Shown: piece after piece, positions 48,252 through 57,170 of the stretch
How the letters are laid out: each line of letters begins with the position of its first letter
Position numbering within the stretch: position 1 is the stretch's first letter
Source: Myxococcota bacterium
Lineage (GTDB): Bacteria; Myxococcota_A; UBA9160; UBA6930
Direction of reading: 5' to 3'
Assembly (NCBI GenBank): GCA_965223415.1
Contig: OZ245002.1
Location: 3,936,001-4,000,000 of the forward strand
DNA: 64,000 nucleotides
Program-made: the position numbers and the translations under genes
The notes under the pieces: generated by a model
The model's input: the letters and a program-made list of their open reading frames with translations, nothing else
Told to the model about the DNA's origin: nothing
The model's database searches: none

Positions 48252-49648
48252 GAACGCGCCCCCAGTGCGGCCAGGAGCCGCGGGCCCAGCTGGGTGATGT
48301 CGCCGGCGCCCAGGGTCAGCACCCAGTCTCCAGCGCGCAGCTCCGCGGCCATGGCCTCGGGCAGCGTCGTCAGGTCGGGCGCGAACCGGACGTCCCGATG
48401 GCCCCGGGCGCGCACGGCATCGGCCAGGGCCACGCCCTCGACGCCGGGGAGCTTGGCCTCCCCGGCGGCGTAGATCTCCGTGATCCACAGCAGGTCCGCC
48501 TCGTGGAAGGCGGCGGCGAAGTCTTCGAACAGGTCGCGGGTGCGCGAGTAGCGGTGGGGCTGGAAGACGACGACGAGGCGTCCCCCGTGCACCGCGCGGG
48601 CGGCGCCCAGGGTGGCGCGGATCTCCGTCGGGTGGTGGCCGTAGTCGTCGATCACGCGCACGCCCGCCGCCTCGCCCTTCGTCTCGAAGCGGCGCTCGAC
48701 GCCGGGGAAGCGGGCCAGGGCTTCACGGATGCGGGCGAAGGGCACGCCCGCCTCGTCGGCCACCGCGATGGCGGCCAGGGCGTTCAGCACGTTGTGCCGG
48801 CCGGTGAGCGGGAGCGCGACCTCGCCCAGGGCCCGCTCTCCCCGCCGCACGCCGAAGCGCGCGCCCGAGGCCTCGAGCAGCGGCTCGGCGGCGCCCCACT
48901 CGGCCTGGGGGGAGAAGCCGTAGGTCGCGCGGCGACGGGTGAGGCGGGGCAGCAGCTCCTGGATGCCCGGGTGGTCGAGGCACACCACGCACAGGCCGAA
49001 GAAGGGCACACCATTCGCGAACCGAACGAAGGCGTCCTGCAGGGCCTCCTCGCTGCCGTAGTGGTCGAGGTGCTCGGGCTCCACGTTCGTGATCACGGCG
49101 ATCACCGGCGCGAGGCGCAGGAAGGAGCCGTCGCTCTCGTCGGCTTCGGCCACGAGGAAGGTGCCGCGGCCGAGCCGGGCGCCGGTCCGCTCGCCCGAGG
49201 GCGCCCCGGTGGCGATGCGTCCGCCCACCACCGCCGTGGGGTCGAGGCCCGCGTCCTCGAGCACGTGGGCGACGAGCGAGGTGGTCGTGGTCTTGCCATG
49301 GGTGCCGGCCACGGCGATGCCGTCCTGCAGCCGCATCAGCTCCGCCAGCATCTCCGCGCGGGGGATGACCGGGATGCCGCGGCGCTCGGCTTCGCGCACC
49401 TCCGGGTTGCCGGCCCGGATCGCCGAGGAGACCACCACCACGTCGGCCGCCCCCACGTGGGCCTCGTCGTGTCCCACGACCACGGACACGTCGAGCTGGC
49501 GGAGCCGCGCGACGGTCGCTCCCTCGGAGAGATCCGAGCCGGTGATCGTGTAGCCGAGCCCGTGCAGCAGCTCGGCGATGCCGCACATGCCGATGCCGCC
49601 GATGCCCACGAAGTGGATCCGGTCGATGCCGCGGAAGCGTCGGGTCAT
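48248..49648 (-). CDS. murC: UDP-N-acetylmuramate--L-alanine ligase
   Basis: HFVGIGGIGM, GTHGKTTT, EADESD, DDYGHHPTE. Confidence 0.97.
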   Translation of the reverse strand: MTRRFRGIDRIHFVGIGGIGMCGIAELLHGLGYTITGSDLSEGATVARLRQLDVSVVVGHDEAHVGAADVVVVSSAIRAGNPEVREAERRGIPVIPRAEMLAELMRLQDGIAVAGTHGKTTTTSLVAHVLEDAGLDPTAVVGGRIATGAPSGERTGARLGRGTFLVAEADESDGSFLRLAPVIAVITNVEPEHLDHYGSEEALQDAFVRFANGVPFFGLCVVCLDHPGIQELLPRLTRRRATYGFSPQAEWGAAEPLLEASGARFGVRRGERALGEVALPLTGRHNVLNALAAIAVADEAGVPFARIREALARFPGVERRFETKGEAAGVRVIDDYGHHPTEIRATLGAARAVHGGRLVVVFQPHRYSRTRDLFEDFAAAFHEADLLWITEIYAAGEAKLPGVEGVALADAVRARGHRDVRFAPDLTTLPEAMAAELRAGDWVLTLGAGDITQLGPRLLAALGARS

Positions 49649-50742
49649 GCGGCGTCTCCGGCGATCTCGCGACAGGCGTCGACGACGGCGCGAGCGGCGT
49701 CCGGCCGTGCCAGCCTGGCCGCACGTCGTCCCATCTCCCGGAGCGCCGCCGGATCGTCGAGCAGCTCGAGGAGCACGTGCTGGAAGCCAGCGTCGTCGAG
49801 GTCCCGGCTGTCGAGCACCCGGGCCGCGCCCGCCTCCTCGAGCGGGCGGGTGTTGGCGAACTGCTCGCCGCCTCCGACGTGGGCCAGCGGCACCAGCAGC
49901 GCGGCCCGGCCCGCGAGGGCCAGCTCGGCGATCGTGATGGCGCCGGCGCGGCACACCACCAGCTCGGCATCGCGGTAGCGTCGCGGCATGTCGCGCTCGA
50001 AGGCGACCACCTGGGCGTCGATGCCCGCCGCCGTGTAGGCGTTGGTGACACGCTCGCGATCCGTCTCGCCGGTCTGGTGCACGACCCGCAGCTCGCGCTT
50101 GGCCAGCTCCGGCAGCGCCGCGAGCATGGCGTCGTTGATCTGGCGCGCGCCCTGGGAGCCGCCGAACACGAAGAGCTGGCGCGTCGCCGCGGGCGTCGGC
50201 GCCGCGGCCGACGGCTCCGTGAACGCTTCCACCAGGGCCCGGCGCAGCGGCACGCCGACCACCTGCACCCGGTCGGCGAGCCTGCCGAAGGCGGGCTCGC
50301 TGCCGGCCACGCCGGCGAAGATGCGCCGCGCGAACCGGGCCGAGACGCGATTCGCGGCGCCGGGCCGCGCGTCGGTGTTCACCAGCACCATCGGCGTCCG
50401 TTGCCACACGGCGGCGAGGGCCGCCGGCGCCGAGGCGTAGCCGCCTACCGAGATCACGAGGTCCGCGCCGAAGCGGGCCAGCACGCCCCGGGCGCGCCAG
50501 GTCGCGGCGAGCAGCGCGAGGATCGCCCGCGCCCGCTCGCCGAACGAACGACCCACCAGGGGCCGGGAGTCCAGGGCGACCAGCTCGAAGCCCGCCTCCG
50601 GCACCATCCGCTTCTCAAGGCCCCGCTCGGTGCCGACGAACAGCACCGGATCGCCGTCGTCCCGCAGTACCTCGCCCAGGGCCAGGGCCGGCGTGACGTG
50701 TCCGCCGGTTCCACCGCCCGCGATTACCCAGCGCAGGGTCAT
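49645..50742 (-). CDS. murG: Undecaprenyl-PP-MurNAc-pentapeptide GlcNAc transferase
   Basis: GGGTGGHV.P, GGSQGA, RAGAITIAEL. Confidence 0.96.
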   Translation of the reverse strand: MTLRWVIAGGGTGGHVTPALALGEVLRDDGDPVLFVGTERGLEKRMVPEAGFELVALDSRPLVGRSFGERARAILALLAATWRARGVLARFGADLVISVGGYASAPAALAAVWQRTPMVLVNTDARPGAANRVSARFARRIFAGVAGSEPAFGRLADRVQVVGVPLRRALVEAFTEPSAAAPTPAATRQLFVFGGSQGARQINDAMLAALPELAKRELRVVHQTGETDRERVTNAYTAAGIDAQVVAFERDMPRRYRDAELVVCRAGAITIAELALAGRAALLVPLAHVGGGEQFANTRPLEEAGAARVLDSRDLDDAGFQHVLLELLDDPAALREMGRRAARLARPDAARAVVDACREIAGDAA

Positions 50743-51881
50743 CGGCGGCGCCTCCGCCCCGAGGGCGGCGCGTGCTCGCGGGCCACCGCGAGGAGGATTC
50801 CGATCGCCACGCAGGAGACCAGCAGCGAGGTGCGACCGTAGGAGAGGAAGGGCAGGGTGAGTCCCTTGGTCGGCAGCAGGCCCATCACCACGGCCGCGTT
50901 CATCGCCGCCGGAACCGCGATGAGCGACGTCATGCCGAAGGCCAGCAGCATCGGGAAGCGCCGCTTCGCGCGCAGGGCGATGCGAAGGCCCGCCACCCAC
51001 AGGGCGGCGAAGCCGCCCAAGGCGATGAGCACGCCGACCAGGCCGAGCTCCTCGGCCACCACCGAGAGGACGAAGTCCGTGTGGGCCTCTGGCAGGTAGA
51101 AGAGCTTCTGCCGCCCGTCGCCGAGGCCGACCCCCAGCCAGCCACCGCGGCCGAAGGCGACGAAGGACTGCACGAGTTGGAAGCCCTCGCCGCTGGCCTT
51201 GCCCCAGGGATCGAGGAAGCCCACCCACCTCCGCAGGGCGTGGGGCTGGAGGACGCTGTACAGGGCGATGCCCGCCGCGCCGGCCAGGGCGGGGCCGACC
51301 AGGATGCGCAGGGGGGCACCGCCGACGAAGAGCAGGAGGCCGGTCAGGGCGACGAGGAGCACCGCGTTGCCCAGGTCCGGCTGGGCGACGCACAGGGCTG
51401 CCGGAACCAACGCCAGCCCGAGGGCGCCCAGCACGCCGTGGCGGGTGAGGGCGGCCTTGCCGTCCTGCCCCGAGAGCCAGGCCGCCGCCGCGAGGAGCGT
51501 CGCGAGCTTGGCGAACTCGGCGGGCTGGAAGGCGACGGCGGTGCCGGGCACGACGAGCCAGCGGCTGGCGCCGTTGGCTTCGTGGCCGAAGAGCGCGGTC
51601 AGCACGAGGAGCACGACGGCGCCGAGCCACAGCAGCGGCGCGAAGCGGTACCAGATCTGGAGCGGCACCCGCGACGCCAGCCAGCCGAGTCCGGCGCCGA
51701 TCGCCAGGGCGCCGGCGTGGCGCAGGAAGTGGGGCGGCAGCGTCGCTTCCAGATCGAGGGGCGCGGTGGCGCTGAAGACGGCAACGGCGCCGAGGGCCGC
51801 GAGCACGGCGACGGCCATGCCCACCGCCGCCACGGTGTCCGCGCCCGCGGGGGCCGGCTCGGTGCCTGCGCGGCCCCTCAC
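50739..51881 (-). CDS. ftsW: Peptidoglycan glycosyltransferase FtsW
   Basis: QPAEFAK, QPDLG, LPEAHTDF, LPFLSYG. Confidence 0.95.
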   Translation of the reverse strand: MRGRAGTEPAPAGADTVAAVGMAVAVLAALGAVAVFSATAPLDLEATLPPHFLRHAGALAIGAGLGWLASRVPLQIWYRFAPLLWLGAVVLLVLTALFGHEANGASRWLVVPGTAVAFQPAEFAKLATLLAAAAWLSGQDGKAALTRHGVLGALGLALVPAALCVAQPDLGNAVLLVALTGLLLFVGGAPLRILVGPALAGAAGIALYSVLQPHALRRWVGFLDPWGKASGEGFQLVQSFVAFGRGGWLGVGLGDGRQKLFYLPEAHTDFVLSVVAEELGLVGVLIALGGFAALWVAGLRIALRAKRRFPMLLAFGMTSLIAVPAAMNAAVVMGLLPTKGLTLPFLSYGRTSLLVSCVAIGILLAVAREHAPPSGRRRRR

Positions 51882-53188
51882 GCGCCCGCCTCCCCGCCGA
51901 TCTCTCGGGCGAGCTCGGCGAACCGTTCCCCCCGCGCCTCGAAGCTCGAGAACTGATCGAAGCTCGCGCAGGCCGGTGCCAGCAGCACCGCGTCGCCCGG
52001 GCGGGCCAGCTCGGCGGCCCGCGCTACGGCGGCTTCGAGGGTCCCCACCTCTTCGCTCTCCACCCCATCGCCCAGGGCTGCGGCGAGGCTGCCCGCCGCC
52101 TCGCCGATCAGGAGCGCGAGGCGTACGTGGCCGCGGGCCGCGCCGCGCAGCGCGTCGAAGGGAAGCCCTTTGTCGCGCCCGCCCGCGATCCAGAGCGTGG
52201 GGCGCTCCATGCCTTCGAGGGCGCGGGCGGCGGCGCCCGGATTGGTCGCCTTGGAGTCGTCGATCCAGGTGACGCCGCCGGCCTCGGCGACGGTCTGCAG
52301 GCGGTGGGGAAGGGGAGTGAAGTCGCCCAGGGCGCCCAAGGCCAGCACCGGATCCGCGCCCACCAGCAGGCTCGCGAGCCAGGCGGCGAGGGCGTTGCTG
52401 CGCAGCGGCTCCTGCAGAGGCTGGCCGCCGGGCAGCGGGACCCGTGAGCCTTCCTGGTGCACGAAGCAGCTGCCGTCGCAGCTGGCGCCGCGCTCCACCG
52501 GTGCGGACCCGTCGAACCAGTCGACCGGGGCCTTGAGCGTCGCCGCCAGCTCCCGCAGATGCAGATCGGCCTGGTTCAGCACCGCGTGATCGCTCTCGTC
52601 CTGACGGGCGAAGAGCCGTGCCTTCGCCGCCAGGTAACCCTCGACGCTGCCGTGGCGGTCCAGGTGGTCCGGGCTCAGGTTCAGCAGCACGCCGACCTTC
52701 GGCCGGAAGGCGTCCACTGCCTCGAGCTGGAACGAGGAGACCTCGAGCACCGCCACGTCGAGGGCGCGCCCGACCAGCTCGAGGGCGGGCTCGCCCACGT
52801 TCCCGGCGGCCGCCGCACGCAAGCCGCTGGCCTGCAGCATGGCCTCGGCCAGCCGCACCGTCGTCGACTTGCCGTTGGTGCCGGTCACGGCGATGACGGG
52901 CACCGCGAGGGCGCGGTAGGCCAGCTCGATGTCGCCCCACGCCCGGCGCGCCCCCGCATAGCGTTCGCGGGGGATGCCCGGGCTCGGAACGACCAGGTCG
53001 AAGTCGCCCATGTCCGGGAACCCGCCGGTGCGGACGTCGATGCCCGGCGGCACGCCGGAGCCGTCGGCCCCGGCGCGCTCGTCGGCCACCACCACGGTGG
53101 CGCCGCGCTCGCTGCAGAAGCGGGCCGCACTCGTCCCGGTCATGCCCAGGCCGAGCACCAGCACCGTCTGTCCGGCGAGGTCGAGCAT
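51878..53188 (-). CDS. murD: UDP-MurNAc-L-Ala--D-glutamate ligase
   Basis: TGTNGKST, EVSSFQL, DDSKATN, PACASFDQF. Confidence 0.96.
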   Translation of the reverse strand: MLDLAGQTVLVLGLGMTGTSAARFCSERGATVVVADERAGADGSGVPPGIDVRTGGFPDMGDFDLVVPSPGIPRERYAGARRAWGDIELAYRALAVPVIAVTGTNGKSTTVRLAEAMLQASGLRAAAAGNVGEPALELVGRALDVAVLEVSSFQLEAVDAFRPKVGVLLNLSPDHLDRHGSVEGYLAAKARLFARQDESDHAVLNQADLHLRELAATLKAPVDWFDGSAPVERGASCDGSCFVHQEGSRVPLPGGQPLQEPLRSNALAAWLASLLVGADPVLALGALGDFTPLPHRLQTVAEAGGVTWIDDSKATNPGAAARALEGMERPTLWIAGGRDKGLPFDALRGAARGHVRLALLIGEAAGSLAAALGDGVESEEVGTLEAAVARAAELARPGDAVLLAPACASFDQFSSFEARGERFAELAREIGGEAGA

Positions 53189-54261
53189 CAGCGGAGCTTC
53201 AGTGACGAGAGCGCCACCAGCGCGAGGATGATCGAGACGATCCAGAAGCGGACGACGATCTGTTGCTCGGGCCATCCGAGCTGCTCGAAGTGGTGGTGGA
53301 TCGGCGCCATCCGGAAGACGCGCCGGCCGGTCATCTTGAAGGAGGCGACCTGGATCATCACCGAGAGGGTCTCGACGACGAAGATCCCACCGACCACGGC
53401 CAGGAGGATCTCCTGGCGGATCACGACGGCGATGGCCCCCAGGGCACCGCCCAGCGCCAGGGCGCCGACGTCGCCCATGAAGAGCTGGGCCGGGTAGGTG
53501 TTGAACCACAGGAAGCCGAGCCCGCCGCCGACGAGGGCGCCGCAGAAGATCGCGAGCTGGCCGCTCCCCGGAACGGACTTGATGGCGAGGTAGTCGGCGA
53601 TCTGGGCGTGGCCGGCGGCGTAGGCGAGGAGCAGGAAGGTGCCCGCGGCGATCATGACCGGGCCGATCGCGAGCCCGTCCAGGCCGTCGGTGAGGTTCAC
53701 GCCGTTGCTGGCGGCGACGATCACGAAAGCGGCGAGGGGCACGTAGATCCAGCCCAGGTGCGGCGTGAAGTCCTTGAAGAAGGGCACCGCGAGCTCGCCG
53801 TCGAAGGCCGGGTCCGCGTAGATCAGGAGCGCCACGCCGATCGCCAGCAGCCACTGCCAGAAGAGCTTGGCCCGCGCCGAGATGCCCGCCGAGTGGCGAT
53901 CGCGCACCTTGCGGTAGTCGTCGACGAAGCCCAGCAAGCCGTAGCCCAGGGTGAGACCGAGCACGATCCAGATCGCGCGGTTGGTGAGATCCGCCCACAG
54001 CAGGACCGAGACCGCGAGGGAGAGGAGGATCAGGAGCCCGCCCATCGTGGGCGTGCCCTCCTTCTCCTGGTGGTCGGGGCCGATCTCGCGGATCGGCTGA
54101 CCGACTCGCAGCCGGCCCAGCGCTCGGATGATCGGCGGGCCGAGCAGGAAGCAAAGGAAGAGGGCGGTGAGCGTCGCGCCGGCGGTGCGGAAGGTGATGT
54201 AGCGGAAGACGTTGAAGGCGGAGACCTGGTCCGCGAAGGGAACGAGCAGGTGGAACAGCAT
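53188..54261 (-). CDS. mraY: Phospho-N-acetylmuramoyl-pentapeptide transferase
   Basis: GTPTMGG, NLTDGLDGLA, MAPIHHHFE. Confidence 0.98.
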   Translation of the reverse strand: MLFHLLVPFADQVSAFNVFRYITFRTAGATLTALFLCFLLGPPIIRALGRLRVGQPIREIGPDHQEKEGTPTMGGLLILLSLAVSVLLWADLTNRAIWIVLGLTLGYGLLGFVDDYRKVRDRHSAGISARAKLFWQWLLAIGVALLIYADPAFDGELAVPFFKDFTPHLGWIYVPLAAFVIVAASNGVNLTDGLDGLAIGPVMIAAGTFLLLAYAAGHAQIADYLAIKSVPGSGQLAIFCGALVGGGLGFLWFNTYPAQLFMGDVGALALGGALGAIAVVIRQEILLAVVGGIFVVETLSVMIQVASFKMTGRRVFRMAPIHHHFEQLGWPEQQIVVRFWIVSIILALVALSSLKLR

Positions 54262-55650
54262 TCAGGCCCTTTCCTTCGCGTCCGAGAGGCGCGCCACCAC
54301 CTCTTCCATGCCCATCGCCCGGGAGCCCTTGACCAGCACCCAGTCGCCCCGGCGCAGCCGTCCGCGCAAGGAGGCGGCGAGCTCTTCGTGGCTCTTGCCG
54401 ACGAGCGACTCGAGCCCCGCCTCGGCGGCGCCGGCCGCGAGCGCCTCCGCGTGGTCGCCGAAGGCCAGGAGCGCCGTGACACCCAGCTCGCCCGCCAGCC
54501 TGCCGACCCGTCGGTGGGCCTCGGCGGCGGTCGCTCCCAGCTCGCCCATGCTGCCGAGCACCGCGAAGGCCCGCCCGCCGTGAGCGCGGCGGGTAAGGCT
54601 GCGCACGGCGGCCTCCATCGACTGGGGATTCGCGTTGTAGGTGTCGTCGATCAGGGTCACGCCGCCGGTCAGGGCGACGCGGGCCATCCGCCCGGCGACG
54701 CCGGCGTAGGCGGCCAGGCCCGCGACGACGTCGTCCGGCGTCGCGCCGGCGGCGCCCGCGGCGGCGGCGGCGGCCAGGGCGTTGATCACGGTGGGCTCGC
54801 CCAGCCCGGCGACTTGCACGGCCCGGCGCTCGGCGTTCCCGACGAGATCGAAGGCGTAGCCCTCGTCGCCGGCGACGACGTTCTCGGCCCGGACGTCCGC
54901 ATCCACGCCCAGCCCGAAGGTCACCACCCGGGCGGCGGTGCGCTCGGCCTGGCGCAGCACGCGCGGGTCGTCGGCGTTCAGCACGGCCACCGCGTCCGCG
55001 GCCAGCGCCGCGACCAGGTCGCCCTTCTCGAGGGCGATCTCTTCCTGGCTGCCCAGGTGCTCGATGTGGGCCGTGCCGACGTTGGTGACCACGCCGATCG
55101 TCGGTCGGGCGATCGCGGCGAGCGGCGCGATCTCGCCGCGGTGGTTCATGCCGAGCTCGACCACCAAGGCCTCGTGCTCCGGCTCCCGTTCGAGAAGCGT
55201 GAGCGGCAGGCCGTAGGCGTTGTTCAGGTTGCCGCGGTTCTTGAGGCACGGGCCGCGCTCGGCGAGGATCGCCGCGCACATCTCCTTCGTGGTCGTCTTG
55301 CCGTTGCTGCCGGTGATCGCGACCACCGGCCCGGCGAAGCCGCGCCGGTGGCCCGCCGCCAGGGCGCCGAGGCCTGCCGTGGTGTCGGGCACCGCGACGA
55401 CCGGGACGCCCGCTCCGGAGGGCACGGCGGCGGCGCGCTCCACGAGCAGCGCGGCGGCACCGGCCGCGAGCGCGGCCTCGAGATGATCGTGGGCGTCGTG
55501 CCGAGGACCGCGTATCGCCACGAACAGCGCGCCCGGAGCGAGCGTGCGGGTGTCCGTCGACACGGCGCGGAGCTGTAGCTGCGGGTCCCCGGAGACGAGC
55601 TGGCCGCCGGTCCAGGCCAGCGCGTCGCCCACCGCGAAGGGAGCGCTCAC
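54262..55650 (-). CDS. murF: UDP-MurNAc-tripeptide--D-Ala-D-Ala ligase
   Basis: TGSNGKTTTKE, ELGMNHRGEI, DDTYNANP, KGSR. Confidence 0.96.
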   Translation of the reverse strand: MSAPFAVGDALAWTGGQLVSGDPQLQLRAVSTDTRTLAPGALFVAIRGPRHDAHDHLEAALAAGAAALLVERAAAVPSGAGVPVVAVPDTTAGLGALAAGHRRGFAGPVVAITGSNGKTTTKEMCAAILAERGPCLKNRGNLNNAYGLPLTLLEREPEHEALVVELGMNHRGEIAPLAAIARPTIGVVTNVGTAHIEHLGSQEEIALEKGDLVAALAADAVAVLNADDPRVLRQAERTAARVVTFGLGVDADVRAENVVAGDEGYAFDLVGNAERRAVQVAGLGEPTVINALAAAAAAGAAGATPDDVVAGLAAYAGVAGRMARVALTGGVTLIDDTYNANPQSMEAAVRSLTRRAHGGRAFAVLGSMGELGATAAEAHRRVGRLAGELGVTALLAFGDHAEALAAGAAEAGLESLVGKSHEELAASLRGRLRRGDWVLVKGSRAMGMEEVVARLSDAKERA

Positions 55651-57170
55651 GAGGCCCTCCGCGCCAGGGCCCGCGCCGCCTCTTCGCGGTCGTCGAAGGG
55701 CAGCATCTCGGTGCCGATGATCTGGTAGTCCTCGTGGCCCTTGCCGGCGAGCACCACCGTGTCCTCCGGGCGCGCCAACGCGATGGCGCAGCCGATCGCG
55801 TCGCGACGGTCCACGAGCATCGCGTAGCCCTTGTCGGTGGCGTCGAGCTTGGCCGCCTCGCAGCGCTCGAGGCCACCGAGCCCCGCTTCGACGTCGCGCA
55901 GGATCGCCTCCGGGTCCTCGGTGCGCGGGTTGTCGCTGGTCGCGACGGCCCGGTCGCTGAAGCGCGCGACGGCCTCGGCCATGAGCGGTCGCTTGGCCCG
56001 GTCGCGGTCGCCGCCGCAGCCGAACACCGTGACGAGCCGTCCCGGGGTGAGGGGCTTCAGCGTGCGCAGCAGCTTGTCGACGGCGTCCGGGGTGTGGGCG
56101 TAGTCGACGAAGACCGTCGGCGCGCCCTCGCCGCCGCGGACGCGCTCGACGCGCCCGGGAACCTGGCGGCAGCGGGCGATCCCGCGCGCGATGGTCTCCG
56201 AGGGAATGCCGTAGGCCGTGGCGACGCCCGCCGCGACGACCAGGTTCTCCAGGTTGAAATCGCCGACCAGCGGGAGCTCGACGTCGACGGGGCCGCCCGG
56301 GAGCGCGAGGCGAGCGCGGGTGCCGTCCACGCGCACGTCGGCCGCGAGCACCCGCAGCTCCGCCTCCGCGTCCGGGCGCCGGGACACGCGCAGGATCTGG
56401 GCACCCACCTCCGCCGAGGCTTGGAGGAAGCGGGCCGCGGAGGGATCGTCCACGTTCACGACCGCCCAGCCCCCCGGCGCCAGGTGCTCCCGGAAGAGGC
56501 TCGCCTTCGCTTCCGTGTAGGCATCCATGCTCTCGTGGAAGTCGAGGTGGTCCTGGGTGACGTTGGTGAGCGCACACACGCGGAAGCGGCAGCCCGCCAC
56601 CCGCCGGAGCGCGAGGCCGTGGGACGACACCTCCATGGCCACGGCCCGCACGCCGCGGGTCGCCATGGCGCGGAGTGTGCGCTGCAGGTCGAGGCTCTCG
56701 GGCGTGGTGTTCACGGCCCGCTCGCGCTCGTCCGCGTAGCGCACCTCGACGGTTCCGATCAGTCCGGTCGGGACGCCGGCCTCCTGCAGGATCGCCTCGA
56801 GCAGGAAGGTGGTGCTGGTCTTGCCGTTCGTGCCGGTGACGCCAAGGAGCGCGAGCTCGCGGGCGGGCTCGCCGAAGAAGTGCGCGGCGATCGGGGCCAG
56901 GGCGAGGCGGCTGTCCGGCACCACCGCCCAGGGCAGTTCCTGCGCGGCCGGGACCGGCTCCTCCACCAGCACCGCCACGGCCCCCAGATCGCGGGCCTGC
57001 TCCAGGTAGCGATGGCCGTCGGCGCGCTCTCCCTTGAGCGCCACGAACAGGTCGCCGGCGGCGACGGCCCGCGAGTCGTAGTGGATGCCGCGCACGACCG
57101 GGTCGTCCCCCTCGACCCGCGACGCGGCGAGCTCGGGCGGCAGGGCGGCGAGGAGCTCGTGGAACCGCAC
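55647..57170 (-). CDS. murE: UDP-MurNAc-dipeptide--meso-DAP ligase
   Basis: TGTNGKT, DYAHTPD, DNPR (DAP-type), AGKGHE. Confidence 0.97.
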   Translation of the reverse strand: MRFHELLAALPPELAASRVEGDDPVVRGIHYDSRAVAAGDLFVALKGERADGHRYLEQARDLGAVAVLVEEPVPAAQELPWAVVPDSRLALAPIAAHFFGEPARELALLGVTGTNGKTSTTFLLEAILQEAGVPTGLIGTVEVRYADERERAVNTTPESLDLQRTLRAMATRGVRAVAMEVSSHGLALRRVAGCRFRVCALTNVTQDHLDFHESMDAYTEAKASLFREHLAPGGWAVVNVDDPSAARFLQASAEVGAQILRVSRRPDAEAELRVLAADVRVDGTRARLALPGGPVDVELPLVGDFNLENLVVAAGVATAYGIPSETIARGIARCRQVPGRVERVRGGEGAPTVFVDYAHTPDAVDKLLRTLKPLTPGRLVTVFGCGGDRDRAKRPLMAEAVARFSDRAVATSDNPRTEDPEAILRDVEAGLGGLERCEAAKLDATDKGYAMLVDRRDAIGCAIALARPEDTVVLAGKGHEDYQIIGTEMLPFDDREEAARALARRAS